Shown: positions 1 through 9,626 of the stretch, one piece after another
How positions within the stretch are numbered: position 1 is the stretch's first letter
Layout of the letters: the number at the start of each line of letters is the position of its first letter
From: Comamonadaceae bacterium
GTDB lineage: Bacteria > Pseudomonadota > Gammaproteobacteria > Burkholderiales > Burkholderiaceae_C
Assembly (NCBI GenBank): GCA_947450675.1
Contig: CANFWI010000006.1
Coordinates: 1,447-65,446, forward strand
Length of the DNA: 64,000 nt
Reading direction: 5' to 3'
Notes under the pieces: generated by a model
The model's input: only the letters and a program-made list of their open reading frames with translations
What the model was told of the DNA's origin: nothing
Database searches by the model: none
Made by a program: the position numbers and the translations under genes

Positions 1-160
1 AACCAGAAGGCTATGAATCCATTCCAATCATTCATTGGTAAGTTATGAACAATCTGGGAAGATTCGCTGGCAAGTGGCCGGAGGACTGGCTCGGACTCTC
101 AGCCGGAAGTGCCCTCAAAAAAATACGCGACCATTCGAAAAATACAAAGAGACAAAGACC

Positions 161-1162
161 ATGACAAACTTTCTCAATGCCACGCGGCGGGTCACCCACC
201 AGATCTTGGTGCTTGCCGTCTTGGCAGGCTGCGGACTGAGCCCTGTGGCATATGCACAAAACGACTATCCCAACAAACCACTGACCCTGCTGGTGCCCTA
301 TCCTGCCGGAGGAGCCAACGACGCCGTGGCACGTCTGGTCGGGCTGAAGATGGGTGAAATCCTCAAGCAGCCGGTCATCATTGACAACCGCCCGGGTGCT
401 GGCACCACGATTGGTACGGCGGCTGCGGCGAAGGCGGCGCCCGACGGCTACACGTTGGTGTTGGGCTCGCTTGCGAGCCACGCGGTCAGTCCCCACCTTT
501 ATGCCAAGCCCGGTTATGACGCCATCGCCGACTTCAGCCCTGTGGGAATCATCGGTGTGGTGCCCATGGTGCTGATCGTCGCCAAAGACTCGCCGTACAC
601 AGACCTGCGTTCGTTGGTCGAGGCTGCACGACGTCAACCGAACGGGCTGAACTATGGCTCTGCTGGCAACGGCTCCCCGCTGCACCTGGCGGCCGAACTG
701 TTCAAACAAAACGCAAATATCCAGATCACCCACGTGCCTTACAAAGGCGGCAGTGCCCACACGATGGACCTGATGGGTGGCCGACTCGACATGATCCTGG
801 ATACCCTGACCAGCGCCACACCACTGATTAAAAGTGGCAAGGTTCGCGCCTTGGCCGTTGCAGCAGCTTCCCGTCTGCCCGAAATGGCGAACGTTCCGAC
901 CTTTGCGGAGGCGGGCTACCTCGGGTTTGAAGTCAACGCTTGGTATGCGCTGTACGCTCCAGCCAAGACCAGCAAAGCGGTGATTGCCATTCTCAATACT
1001 TCACTGGTGAGCGTGCTCAAACAGCCAGACGTTCTAGAGAAATTCAGCAACCTCGGCGTTCGGACTCAGCCCGGCTCACCGCAAGATCTGGCCCGTTTCA
1101 CCCAAGATGAATTCAACCGTTATGGCAAGGTTATTCTCGCTGGCGGCATCCGCATCGACTGA
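161..1162 (+). CDS. Bug/TctC-family tripartite tricarboxylate transporter substrate-binding protein
   Basis: ORF 35..1162. The ATG at 161 precedes a signal peptide (ILVLAVLAGCGLSPVAYA). Family motifs: YPNKPLTLLVPYPAGGANDAVAR, LNYGSAGNGSPLHLA, HVPYKGGS. Confidence 0.85.
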   Translation: MTNFLNATRRVTHQILVLAVLAGCGLSPVAYAQNDYPNKPLTLLVPYPAGGANDAVARLVGLKMGEILKQPVIIDNRPGAGTTIGTAAAAKAAPDGYTLVLGSLASHAVSPHLYAKPGYDAIADFSPVGIIGVVPMVLIVAKDSPYTDLRSLVEAARRQPNGLNYGSAGNGSPLHLAAELFKQNANIQITHVPYKGGSAHTMDLMGGRLDMILDTLTSATPLIKSGKVRALAVAAASRLPEMANVPTFAEAGYLGFEVNAWYALYAPAKTSKAVIAILNTSLVSVLKQPDVLEKFSNLGVRTQPGSPQDLARFTQDEFNRYGKVILAGGIRID

Positions 1163-1166
1163 CCGC

Positions 1167-2126
1167 ATGAAGACCAACTTCCAAGTTCTCGTGACCGCTC
1201 CTCATTGGGCCGCCTCTGCCCAAGACATCGTGCGCAGCGCGGGTGGGCAGATCACCTTCCTACCCGAGCCCATGACCGAAGACATGCTGGCGGAACAGTT
1301 GGCCGTCACTGGCGCGCAGGCTGTGGTGTTACGGGGCTCCAAACCTATTTCGGAGCGCGTTCTGGCCGCCGCCCCAGCATTGAAGATCATCGCTAAAAAT
1401 GGAGCAGGTGTGGACAGCGTGGACTTGGGTGCGGCGCGCCAACGCGGCATCGCCGTCGCCGTGGCACCCGCCGCCAATGCCGATGCCGTGGCTGAACACG
1501 CGTTGGCACTCATGCTCACACTCACCCGGCAGTTGACCTTGCTCGATGGCATGGTACGCGGTGGCCAATGGGCCGACAGCACCTGGCAAGGGCGTGATTT
1601 CCGCGGATCAGTGGTGGGCATCGTCGGCTACGGCAGCATAGGTCGAAGTACAGCGCGGCTCGCCGCAGCGCTGGGCGCCCGGGTACTGGTGCTGCGGCCG
1701 CATGGACAGGCTGACAACCATGCCACGGAACCCGACCTAGAGCGATTTCTTGCGCAGATTGACATCCTGAGCCTGCACTGCCCATTGACCGAACGCACAC
1801 GCGGCCTGATCGGACAGCGTGAACTGTCACTCCTGCGACGCGGCAGCCTGCTCATCAATACTGCGCGCGGCCCCGTCGTGGACGAAGTCGCACTGCTACA
1901 GGCCTTGCAATCAGGTCATCTGGAAGGCGCCGGGCTGGACACGTTCGAAACAGAGCCCCTGCTCGCGGGCCACCCGCTGTTGGCGCTCCCCAATGTGCTG
2001 CTCACGCCGCATGTCGCAGGCGTCACCCGCAACGCGGCAATGCAAGTGGCCAACATCACGGCCCGCAACATCGTCGACTACTTAGCCACTGGCACCTTGC
2101 CAGCCCATCATCTTGTCGCCGGCTGA
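1167..2126 (+). CDS. D-isomer-specific 2-hydroxyacid dehydrogenase (phosphoglycerate dehydrogenase-like)
   Basis: ORF 1107..2126. The ATG at 1167 lies 4 nt after the upstream stop. NAD fold VGIVGYGSIGRSTARL; LTPHVAG catalytic region. Confidence 0.85.
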   Translation: MKTNFQVLVTAPHWAASAQDIVRSAGGQITFLPEPMTEDMLAEQLAVTGAQAVVLRGSKPISERVLAAAPALKIIAKNGAGVDSVDLGAARQRGIAVAVAPAANADAVAEHALALMLTLTRQLTLLDGMVRGGQWADSTWQGRDFRGSVVGIVGYGSIGRSTARLAAALGARVLVLRPHGQADNHATEPDLERFLAQIDILSLHCPLTERTRGLIGQRELSLLRRGSLLINTARGPVVDEVALLQALQSGHLEGAGLDTFETEPLLAGHPLLALPNVLLTPHVAGVTRNAAMQVANITARNIVDYLATGTLPAHHLVAG

Positions 2127-2293
2127 GTTGCCTGAGCGATCCATATTTTTGAGTTTCAAACGAACGAACTACCTGCCCCAGCGCAGTACCAGCGGGTTGA
2201 GCCGCTGAGCTGTCTCGATCAAGCCTTTTCGTACCTCAGGGTGCATGGTGGGGAAGGGATGGCGCGCTGCATCGGTGATGAACGGCCAACAAC

Positions 2294-4510
2294 TCAAGCC
2301 AAAGGCGATCCCTGCAAAACCGCTGGCAGCCGGGTCTTGACCATCAAGGTCATCTGCTCAAGCATTCTTGGCACAAGCCGCAAAGCCAGCTGCAACTGGG
2401 TCTGCAGCAAACGCTGCATGACGCCCAACTCGGTCGGGTCTTGGTCGTCGGCAACTGGGTGCGCCAGCTCTTTCGACAAGTCATCTGGCGACACCACTTG
2501 GGGGCGTTCCAATGCGAGGGCCAAGACATCGAGTTGTCGCTGCAAGGCCTCAGCCGTCGCGAGCAAACCAGCATCGACATCCCCGAGAACCAATTCATCG
2601 CGGTGCGCGCCGATGGCTGAAATGTAGTTCAGCAGCGTGTGTGAATGAATCAAAAATCGGCCACTGGCTTCCTTCTGAGCGCTGCCGCCTCTGGAAGGTT
2701 CTTTGAGCATGGCGGAGTAGGCGCTGGAAAGGGCTGCGTCGGCGTTGTGGGCATTGCGGCGGGCTAGCCGATAACTGAGGTTGTCTTGCTTTCCCGCGTG
2801 GGCTTGGTATTGAGCCAATATTTCATGCAAGTAGTTGGCCTGCGTCCGCAGTGCGCGCGCTGCCAAGCCGGGCCACTGGCGCAACTGCCAGTTGGGCAGC
2901 ACCAGCCAAGCCGCTAAGCCGGCGATCACGGAACCCACGACCGTGTCCAACAAGCGGGTGGGGATCACGCCCTGCCCCATGCCCATCTGGTGAAAGCTGA
3001 GCAGCAGCAGCGCGGACACGGCGACTGTGGCCAACAAGTAACGGGTATGGCGAGAGCCTAAAAAAACAGACCCCAGCAACACCATCAAGGTCGACTGCAT
3101 CATCGGCGTGGGTAAAAGTTGAATCAGCGCCCAGCCCAGGCTCAAGCCCAGTGCGGTTCCTAAGGTGCGTTGCATGAGCCGCGTCAAGGTCGCCGCATAC
3201 TGCTGTTGGCTCACAAACAAAATGGTCAGCAAGATCCAATAACCGTGCGGGTCGTTGCTGGCCAGCATGATGCAGAACCCCAGCGCCAGCGACACCACCA
3301 AGCGGGTGGCATGGCGGAACAACGGCGACTCGACTTGAAGCTGCCGTTGAACACGCGTCCAAGCTTCGCGCAGCGTGCCGGGCTGACGGTCCAACAGGCT
3401 TTGGTCCACGCTGCCTTCAAACGGCTTCAGCGCACCGGCAAAGACCCGCGCCATGGCTGTCAGGTTATTGCTCAGCGCCTTCAGCGCCGGCAAAGACCGG
3501 TGCGCGCTTTGCAGTCCACCCAAGTGGTGAATCGCCGCGTGCAAGTCCTCGATGGCACGGGCGGTGGCGCCGTGGTGCACCGGCACAGTACGCGCCCGAA
3601 TGGCGATGGCCAAATGAAAGGCCTGCTCACCCAATAAGGTCAACACGCGCTGGCAGCGATACAGCACATCTGAGTGAAAAAAAGCCGTCGACAGAACCTG
3701 GTAGTCCTCGTGCGAAGAACTGGCGCGTTCGTGAATATCTTGGGCCGCCAAGTACTGCTGCATGGCGATCAACAACCAGCCTGGCGCTTGGTCCTGACGC
3801 AGCCGACTGAACAGGCTTTCTTTGGTCGCATTCAAGGCGTCAACCACGCGTGCGTTGTGCAAAACCAAGGCCATTCGGCGTTGGGCCAAGTCGGCTTCAC
3901 GGACGGGCTCCAAGAGCTGCGCTTTTAAATGCAGGTATTGCCCTAACAGCGCATACAGCTTCGACAAGCGATGCCGCACCGGCGCTTGCGGCATGACGGC
4001 CGACCAGAGCACCGACACCATGCCATACCAAACCGCACCCGCCAGCATCAGCGGCGTGCTGGTGCTGATGTGCGAGTGGCCGGTTTGTGCCGCCAAAGTC
4101 GAATAAATAAACAAGACCATGGCGCCAAAAGCAATGGCGCGGTAACGGTCCCCCAAGGCCCCCAGCATCGTCAGCGTGAAGGCCAACAAGAGCAGCACCG
4201 CCAACAACAATGCAGGCCAAGGCAAGGTGAGCCACACAGCCAAAGCCACCAAGGTGAAGGCCACCATGGTGATGAGCTGCGCGCGCAGGCGGCCCTGCCA
4301 GTTGTCGTCGGTTTCTGTCAATGCGCTGGCAATGACGCCCAACAAGACGGGCATCAACTCGCCTTGCCGAGGAGACAACCAGTCAAACAACAACACGCAG
4401 GTCAGCGCCACCAGCGCACGAGCGCCACGCGTGTAGCCTTCGTGGTTTTGGGTGCGCTGACGCGTGCGCCGCAAACGTTCGTCAAGTCCTGTCAAGCTGA
4501 AGTAATTCAT
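2294..4510 (-). CDS. YccS/YhfK-type (FUSC-like) integral membrane protein
   Basis: 744-aa ORF with two blocks of hydrophobic helices separated by a long cytoplasmic helical region, the usual YccS architecture. The first ATG is at 4510; the ORF-track start at 4528 is TTG. Confidence 0.7.
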   Translation of the reverse strand: MNYFSLTGLDERLRRTRQRTQNHEGYTRGARALVALTCVLLFDWLSPRQGELMPVLLGVIASALTETDDNWQGRLRAQLITMVAFTLVALAVWLTLPWPALLLAVLLLLAFTLTMLGALGDRYRAIAFGAMVLFIYSTLAAQTGHSHISTSTPLMLAGAVWYGMVSVLWSAVMPQAPVRHRLSKLYALLGQYLHLKAQLLEPVREADLAQRRMALVLHNARVVDALNATKESLFSRLRQDQAPGWLLIAMQQYLAAQDIHERASSSHEDYQVLSTAFFHSDVLYRCQRVLTLLGEQAFHLAIAIRARTVPVHHGATARAIEDLHAAIHHLGGLQSAHRSLPALKALSNNLTAMARVFAGALKPFEGSVDQSLLDRQPGTLREAWTRVQRQLQVESPLFRHATRLVVSLALGFCIMLASNDPHGYWILLTILFVSQQQYAATLTRLMQRTLGTALGLSLGWALIQLLPTPMMQSTLMVLLGSVFLGSRHTRYLLATVAVSALLLLSFHQMGMGQGVIPTRLLDTVVGSVIAGLAAWLVLPNWQLRQWPGLAARALRTQANYLHEILAQYQAHAGKQDNLSYRLARRNAHNADAALSSAYSAMLKEPSRGGSAQKEASGRFLIHSHTLLNYISAIGAHRDELVLGDVDAGLLATAEALQRQLDVLALALERPQVVSPDDLSKELAHPVADDQDPTELGVMQRLLQTQLQLALRLVPRMLEQMTLMVKTRLPAVLQGSPLA

Positions 4511-4552
4511 ATGATCCTGAAGTAGCAAGAAGCATACTCAAACAGGATGACA

Positions 4553-4591
4553 CTTGACGTTGTGGCTTGACGTCGTGGCTTGACGTCGTAG
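4553..4591. repeat. 3 x 13-bp tandem direct repeat CTTGACGT(T/C)GT(G/A)G
   Basis: Read directly: cttgacgttgtgg / cttgacgtcgtgg / cttgacgtcgtag. Located between the SDR stop and the yccS-like start. Confidence 0.9.
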
Positions 4592-4598
4592 GTTGGCG

Positions 4599-5666
4599 TT
4601 AAGGAATCAACTTTTCTGCACGCAGTTGCGCAAACAAGCCAGTGAACGAGTCTTCAGTCACTTGGTAGCCCGTGAAGCCGAGTTGGCGGCTGCGCGCCAT
4701 GTCGGTCATGACTTCAATTGGCCGGCCCAAATCTAAATCGGTGTGCCATGCCGACGCCAACTTTTTCAAGTCGGGCTCAACCAGTCCGTGCCGCTGCGCC
4801 ATTTCGCGCCAGAGCGCCTCGTCGCCGGCCATCTCGGTTTCCAGTGGGCGAATCGTGCCGTCAAAGCCCGCCGCTTCAATGCCGAACCAGTTGGCCAAAC
4901 GGCCCCAGAGCCATTGCCAGCGGAACATGTCACCGTTGACGATGTTGAAAGCGGTGTTGTGTGCCGCGTCTGTCTCGGCCGCCCAGATCAGTTGCTTGGC
5001 CAACTGGTGCGCATCCGTGACGTCGGACAAGCCCTGCCACTGCGCCGCTGATCCAGGCCATTGAAACGGGCGACCCGTTTCTTTGCAGATCGACGCATAC
5101 ACAGCCAGCGTCGTGCCCATGTTCATCGCATTGCCAACGGCCTTGCCGATGACTGTGTGCGGCCGGTGGACGTTCCAGCTGAAGCCGTCACGTGCGGCAG
5201 CCGCGAAGACTTCGTCTTCTTGCGCGTAATAAAAATTCTCGATGGCCAGGCGTGGCTGCTCTTCGCGCAGCGGGGTTTCGGGCAGCGTGCCTGCACTGGC
5301 ATAGGCTTCGAAAGGTCCCAGGTAATGTTTAAGGCCGGTGACCAAGGACACATGGCGCACTGATTTTTTCGGTGCCAATGCCGCCAGTACATTCCGAACC
5401 ATGGCGCCGTTCACGCGTATGTTCTCGGCCTCAGTCGCTTGACGCATCCAGGCGGTGATGAAGACATGGGTGGGCGCAACATCGGCCAATGCTTTGTCCA
5501 AACTGGCCGGGTCGAGCAGGTCAGCGGCAACTGCACGCAAACCCGGCACGCCCTCCAACGGACGGCGGGCTAAACCGTACACAGTCCAACCTTTATCCAT
5601 CAACTCGGCCGCTAAATTACTGCCGCCAATACCACTCGCACCGACGACCAAGGCTGTTTTCTGCAT
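4599..5666 (-). CDS. Atypical SDR, progesterone-5-beta-reductase/iridoid-synthase-like (PRISE-type) NAD(P)-dependent oxidoreductase
   Basis: ALVVGASGIGGSNLA Rossmann motif, WTVYGLARRP, and NFYYAQED, which matches the NFYYxxED signature I recall from plant P5betaR-type enzymes. ATG at 5666. Confidence 0.7.
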   Translation of the reverse strand: MQKTALVVGASGIGGSNLAAELMDKGWTVYGLARRPLEGVPGLRAVAADLLDPASLDKALADVAPTHVFITAWMRQATEAENIRVNGAMVRNVLAALAPKKSVRHVSLVTGLKHYLGPFEAYASAGTLPETPLREEQPRLAIENFYYAQEDEVFAAAARDGFSWNVHRPHTVIGKAVGNAMNMGTTLAVYASICKETGRPFQWPGSAAQWQGLSDVTDAHQLAKQLIWAAETDAAHNTAFNIVNGDMFRWQWLWGRLANWFGIEAAGFDGTIRPLETEMAGDEALWREMAQRHGLVEPDLKKLASAWHTDLDLGRPIEVMTDMARSRQLGFTGYQVTEDSFTGLFAQLRAEKLIP

Positions 5667-5746
5667 CACTCACTCACTCTGTAAACAAATCAGTCTACTG
5701 TCAAGTGAGCTTTACGGTTGATGCACTGACATCACACACCTTGGCG

Positions 5747-6739
5747 CTACAAGGTCACTGGCAGCTGCGCCAGCGGATGCCAGCAAGCTATGCGTGTGTT
5801 GTCGCTGTTGACCATCGTCGGACTCTCAGCATGGCACTGCGCGCTGGCGTGAGCGCAACGCGGCGCGAAGCTGCAACCGGCTGGTAAGTCGGCCAAGTTC
5901 GGCGGACTGCCGGGAATGGCCCGCAAGGGTTGACCGCGGTTTTCACTGCTGACCGTGGACGCCAGCAAGCCGGCGCTGTAAGGGTGACGCGCCGCGTGCA
6001 CCATGCCGGCGACCGAGTTTTCTTCAACGATGCGGCCGGCATACATGACGGCGATTCGATCGGCCACTTCAACCGCTGCACCAATGTCGTGGGTGACAAA
6101 AATCACCGCCATGCCGGTTTCTCGTTGCAGTTCACGCAGCAGCAGCAAGATCTGAATTTGCACCGTGGCATCCAGTGCGGTGGTGGGTTCATCAGCCAGC
6201 AACAGCTTGGGTTTGCAGGCGAGTGCCAGCGCGATCATGGCGCGTTGGCGCATGCCGCCGGAAAGCTCGTGCGGATAGGCATCAAAGCGTCGCTTGGCTT
6301 GCGGTATTTGCACCCGCTCCAACATGTGCAGCGCTTGGCTTCGAGCCGCTGTTTCGCTGATAGATTCGTGCGCCCGAATGACTTCTGTGATCTGTTGACC
6401 GATGGTGTAAACCGGGTCAAAAGCCAGTCCCGCCTCTTGAAAAACCATGGAGACAATACCGCCCCGATAGGCGTCTAATGGCCGGCCTTGCAAGGCCATC
6501 ACGTCGATCCCATCGACCTGAATTTGGCCACTCACACGCGTTGTTTTGGGCGAGTGGAGCTTCAGCAAGGTGCGCAAGGTGACGCTCTTGCCAGAGCCAG
6601 ACTCACCCAGCAAACCCAAGACCTCACCGGCCTTCAAGTCAAAGCTGACTTGACTCAGTGCCTTGGCATGGCGGCTGCCATGAAATTCCACACTCAGGTC
6701 TTTGACCGAAACCAATGGCAAGTGCAGGGGCGCGTTCAT
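5747..6739 (-). CDS. Oligopeptide/dipeptide-type ABC transporter ATP-binding protein (DppD-like)
   Basis: Walker A GESGSGKS, signature LSGGMRQR, Walker [14 protein letters not shown]-terminal oligopeptide-ABC Cys motif. ATGA overlap with the upstream gene. Confidence 0.9.
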   Translation of the reverse strand: MNAPLHLPLVSVKDLSVEFHGSRHAKALSQVSFDLKAGEVLGLLGESGSGKSVTLRTLLKLHSPKTTRVSGQIQVDGIDVMALQGRPLDAYRGGIVSMVFQEAGLAFDPVYTIGQQITEVIRAHESISETAARSQALHMLERVQIPQAKRRFDAYPHELSGGMRQRAMIALALACKPKLLLADEPTTALDATVQIQILLLLRELQRETGMAVIFVTHDIGAAVEVADRIAVMYAGRIVEENSVAGMVHAARHPYSAGLLASTVSSENRGQPLRAIPGSPPNLADLPAGCSFAPRCAHASAQCHAESPTMVNSDNTRIACWHPLAQLPVTL

Positions 6740-7800
6740 GCGGCGCTTTCTAGTGTTGCAGCAGTGTGCCCTGACGCAGCGTCATTCATGTGACACGCGA
6801 CCAGATGGCCACTCAATTGCGCAGCGGGAACCAAAGCGGGTGCGCGCTCAGAACAAACCGCTTCTGCGTGCACGCAACGCTCCCGAAAACGGCAGCCGGC
6901 GGGCGGGTTGATCGGGTTCGGTGGGTCACCGCTCAAGGGTGATTTTTCGGTGCGATGGGCCGGGTCCATCGACGGCACTGCCGACAGCAATGCGCGCGTG
7001 TACGGGTGCGCGGCTTGACCATAAATTTGCTCGACCGGGCCAATCTCCACCACTTGGCCCAGGTACATCACCATCACTTCGTCGCAGATGTAATGCACCA
7101 CATGCAGGTCATGCGAGATGAACAAGTAAGTGAGCTGGTGCTCGGCTTTGAGTTCTTGCAGCAGGTTGAGCACCTGCGCTTGCACCGACTTGTCCAGTGC
7201 GGCAACGGCTTCATCCAAAATCACCAAGCGCGGGTTGAAGGCCAGTGCGCGGGCAATGTTGACGCGCTGGCGTTGGCCGCCCGACAGTTCATGCGGATAG
7301 CGCGACGCAAATTGTTCGGGCTCAAGGCCGACTCGGGCCAGCAGTTGGCGGGCACGCTCGTTGGCTTGTGCTTGGCTCAAGCCGTGTTCACGCGGCCCGT
7401 AGGCGATGGTCTCTTGAATAGTCAAACGCGGATTCAGCGACGCGAACGAATCCTGAAACACCATTTGCAGGTTGCGCCTGAAGGTTTTGAGTTCAATGCC
7501 ACCAAACTCACCCACGCCTTCGCCGTCAAAAATCAAGCTGCCGCTGTCGGGCTCCATCAAACGCGCAATCAGCCGCGCCGTCGTCGACTTGCCGCAACCG
7601 GATTCGCCCACAATACCCAGCGTTTTGCCTTTGGCCACCGTGAAGTTGATGCCGTCGACGGCGTGCACAAATTTCTTCTCGCGCTCTAGCAATCCACCGC
7701 GAACCGGGAAGTATTTTTTTAAATTCCGCACGATCAACAGCGGCTGCGCCGGGCCGCCGCGGTCTGCTGAATCGTCTATGTCTGTCAAGTTGCTGCTCAT
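6736..7800 (-). CDS. Oligopeptide/dipeptide-type ABC transporter ATP-binding protein (DppF-like)
   Basis: GESGCGKS, LSGGQRQR, ILDEAVAALD. The ATG at 7800 overlaps the permease stop (ATGA). The longer ORF-track N-terminus has no homology-like features. Confidence 0.88.
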   Translation of the reverse strand: MSSNLTDIDDSADRGGPAQPLLIVRNLKKYFPVRGGLLEREKKFVHAVDGINFTVAKGKTLGIVGESGCGKSTTARLIARLMEPDSGSLIFDGEGVGEFGGIELKTFRRNLQMVFQDSFASLNPRLTIQETIAYGPREHGLSQAQANERARQLLARVGLEPEQFASRYPHELSGGQRQRVNIARALAFNPRLVILDEAVAALDKSVQAQVLNLLQELKAEHQLTYLFISHDLHVVHYICDEVMVMYLGQVVEIGPVEQIYGQAAHPYTRALLSAVPSMDPAHRTEKSPLSGDPPNPINPPAGCRFRERCVHAEAVCSERAPALVPAAQLSGHLVACHMNDAASGHTAATLESAA

Positions 7801-8666
7801 CGTCGAACGTCCATGGCAGACCGCACACCATCTGCCAGCAGATTGAAGGCGATCGAAGTGATGAAAATCATCGCGCCCGGGAGCGCGGCAACCCAAGGGT
7901 TGCGAAAGATGGCCGAGCGCAAGGTGTTGAGCATCAGGCCCCACTCCGGCTCCGGCGGTTTCACACCCAAGCCCAGAAAGGACAAGCCCGAACCCAGAAT
8001 CATGCTGACGCTCAGCAAACCAGTGGCGTACACAAAGACCGGGCCCAACACATTGCCCAACACATGCACGCGAATGATCGAGAAAGCGCTGGCACCGCTC
8101 ATCCGCGCGGCCTCGATGTAATCAAGGCGCCGCACTTGGGTCGTCACGCTTTCAGCGACCCGCACCATCTGCGGTACAAACACCAGCGTCAACGCAATCA
8201 AGCTGTTGCTCATGCCTGGGCCCAGCGCGCCGGCGATCGCCACCGCCAAGAGCACCGACGGAAACGCATAAAAAACATCCAACACACGCATCGTCAACAT
8301 GTTGGTGCGGCCGCCAACATAGCCCGCCAACAGCCCGATCGACGTGCCAATGACAAAAGCCGCCAGCACCGGCACCACACCCATGAGCAATGACAAGCGC
8401 CCGCCGTACATCAGGCGCGTCAACATATCGCGCCCCAATTCATCAGTGCCCAGCCAGTGACCGGGCGAACCGATGGGCAGCAAGCGGTTCAGCATGCTGG
8501 CTTTGAACGGATCAGCCGGCGCGATCCAGGGTGCAAAAATGGCCGCGCCAATGATGATCGCCAACACACATATGCTGATCATGGCCACGCGGTCTTGCCG
8601 CAGTTGACGCAAGACAACCATCCAAAAACTGCGGCTCGGTGCCTGCGGAGACAAGGTGGTTTTCAT
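7797..8666 (-). CDS. ABC transporter permease (DppC-like)
   Basis: Six-helix permease with an EAA-type loop (YIEAARMSGAS). Abuts the upstream permease gene. Confidence 0.88.
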   Translation of the reverse strand: MKTTLSPQAPSRSFWMVVLRQLRQDRVAMISICVLAIIIGAAIFAPWIAPADPFKASMLNRLLPIGSPGHWLGTDELGRDMLTRLMYGGRLSLLMGVVPVLAAFVIGTSIGLLAGYVGGRTNMLTMRVLDVFYAFPSVLLAVAIAGALGPGMSNSLIALTLVFVPQMVRVAESVTTQVRRLDYIEAARMSGASAFSIIRVHVLGNVLGPVFVYATGLLSVSMILGSGLSFLGLGVKPPEPEWGLMLNTLRSAIFRNPWVAALPGAMIFITSIAFNLLADGVRSAMDVRR

Positions 8667-9620
8667 TCAGGTCCGTCCCATGCGGGGATCAATCAGCGGC
8701 TGCAAAATATCCACCAACAAATTCAAGGCCACAAAGAAAAGGCAGAGCACCAAAATCGTGCCCTGCAACAAAGGGATGTCGCGCTGAAAAATGGCGGTGT
8801 TCAACAAGAAGCCCGTGCCGGGCCAGGCGAACACGGTCTCAACCAAAATTGAGCCGCCCATCAAATAACCCAATTGCAAACCCGCCACAGCCAGCACGGT
8901 GGGCGCCGTGTTTTTAGCCACATGCCGAAAAATGGCCTGATGACTCAGACCACGGGCTCTGAGCGCCATGACAAACTCTTGCTCCAACATGTCGGCCACC
9001 AGCGCCCTGACGGTGCGCGTGATGATGCCCAAGGGAATCACCGACAGCGTCAGTGCCGGCAGCACCAAGTACCGCAGGTGTTCAAGATCCCAAAGCCACT
9101 CAGCCGAGCCACCCGAACCGGCGCCCATGGCCGGAAACCAGCCGAGCCCGGTCGAGAAAATAATCGTCAGCACCAAGCCCAGCCAATAGTGCGGAATGCT
9201 GACACCGATGACCGAGAGAACCGTCGCCACCCTGTCTATCCAACTGCCATGCCAATAGCCGGCGAGCGCACCCAAGATGCAACCCATCAGCACGCCGGCA
9301 AAGCCCGCGACACCGGCCAACAGCAGCGTGTTGCTGACGGCACTCAAGACCTCGGTGGCGACCTCGCGCCCCGACGCAATAGACCTGCCCAGATCGCCCT
9401 GCACGGCTCGCAACAACCATTTGCCGTATTGAACCGGAATCGGTTTGTCCAGGCCGTAAGCAGCTTTCAGCGCCTCAACCACTTCGGCCGGTGCATCGGC
9501 CGGAGCGATGGCGTTCAAGGGGTCACCAGGGGCCAGATACACCAACATGAAAGACACCAGCGTCACACTCAGCGCGATCGGAATGGTGTAGAGCAGGCGC
9601 TTCAATACATACGACAACAT
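8667..9620 (-). CDS. ABC transporter permease (DppB-like)
   Basis: MLSYVLKRLLYTIPIALSV N-terminus is typical of DppB/OppB. Contains FVMALRARGLS. Confidence 0.88.
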   Translation of the reverse strand: MLSYVLKRLLYTIPIALSVTLVSFMLVYLAPGDPLNAIAPADAPAEVVEALKAAYGLDKPIPVQYGKWLLRAVQGDLGRSIASGREVATEVLSAVSNTLLLAGVAGFAGVLMGCILGALAGYWHGSWIDRVATVLSVIGVSIPHYWLGLVLTIIFSTGLGWFPAMGAGSGGSAEWLWDLEHLRYLVLPALTLSVIPLGIITRTVRALVADMLEQEFVMALRARGLSHQAIFRHVAKNTAPTVLAVAGLQLGYLMGGSILVETVFAWPGTGFLLNTAIFQRDIPLLQGTILVLCLFFVALNLLVDILQPLIDPRMGRT

Positions 9621-9626
9621 CAGCGT

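Noticed and set aside
35-160. N-terminal extensions offered by the ORF track for several genes (for example 35..160, 1107..1166, 7801..7944, 21621..21752, 24215..24295, 27259..27345, 28632..28712, 41921..42061, 61244..61306)
   Set aside because: In each case an internal ATG with a better ribosome-binding context, a stop/start overlap with the upstream gene, or the family-typical N-terminus or signal peptide gives a more credible start.
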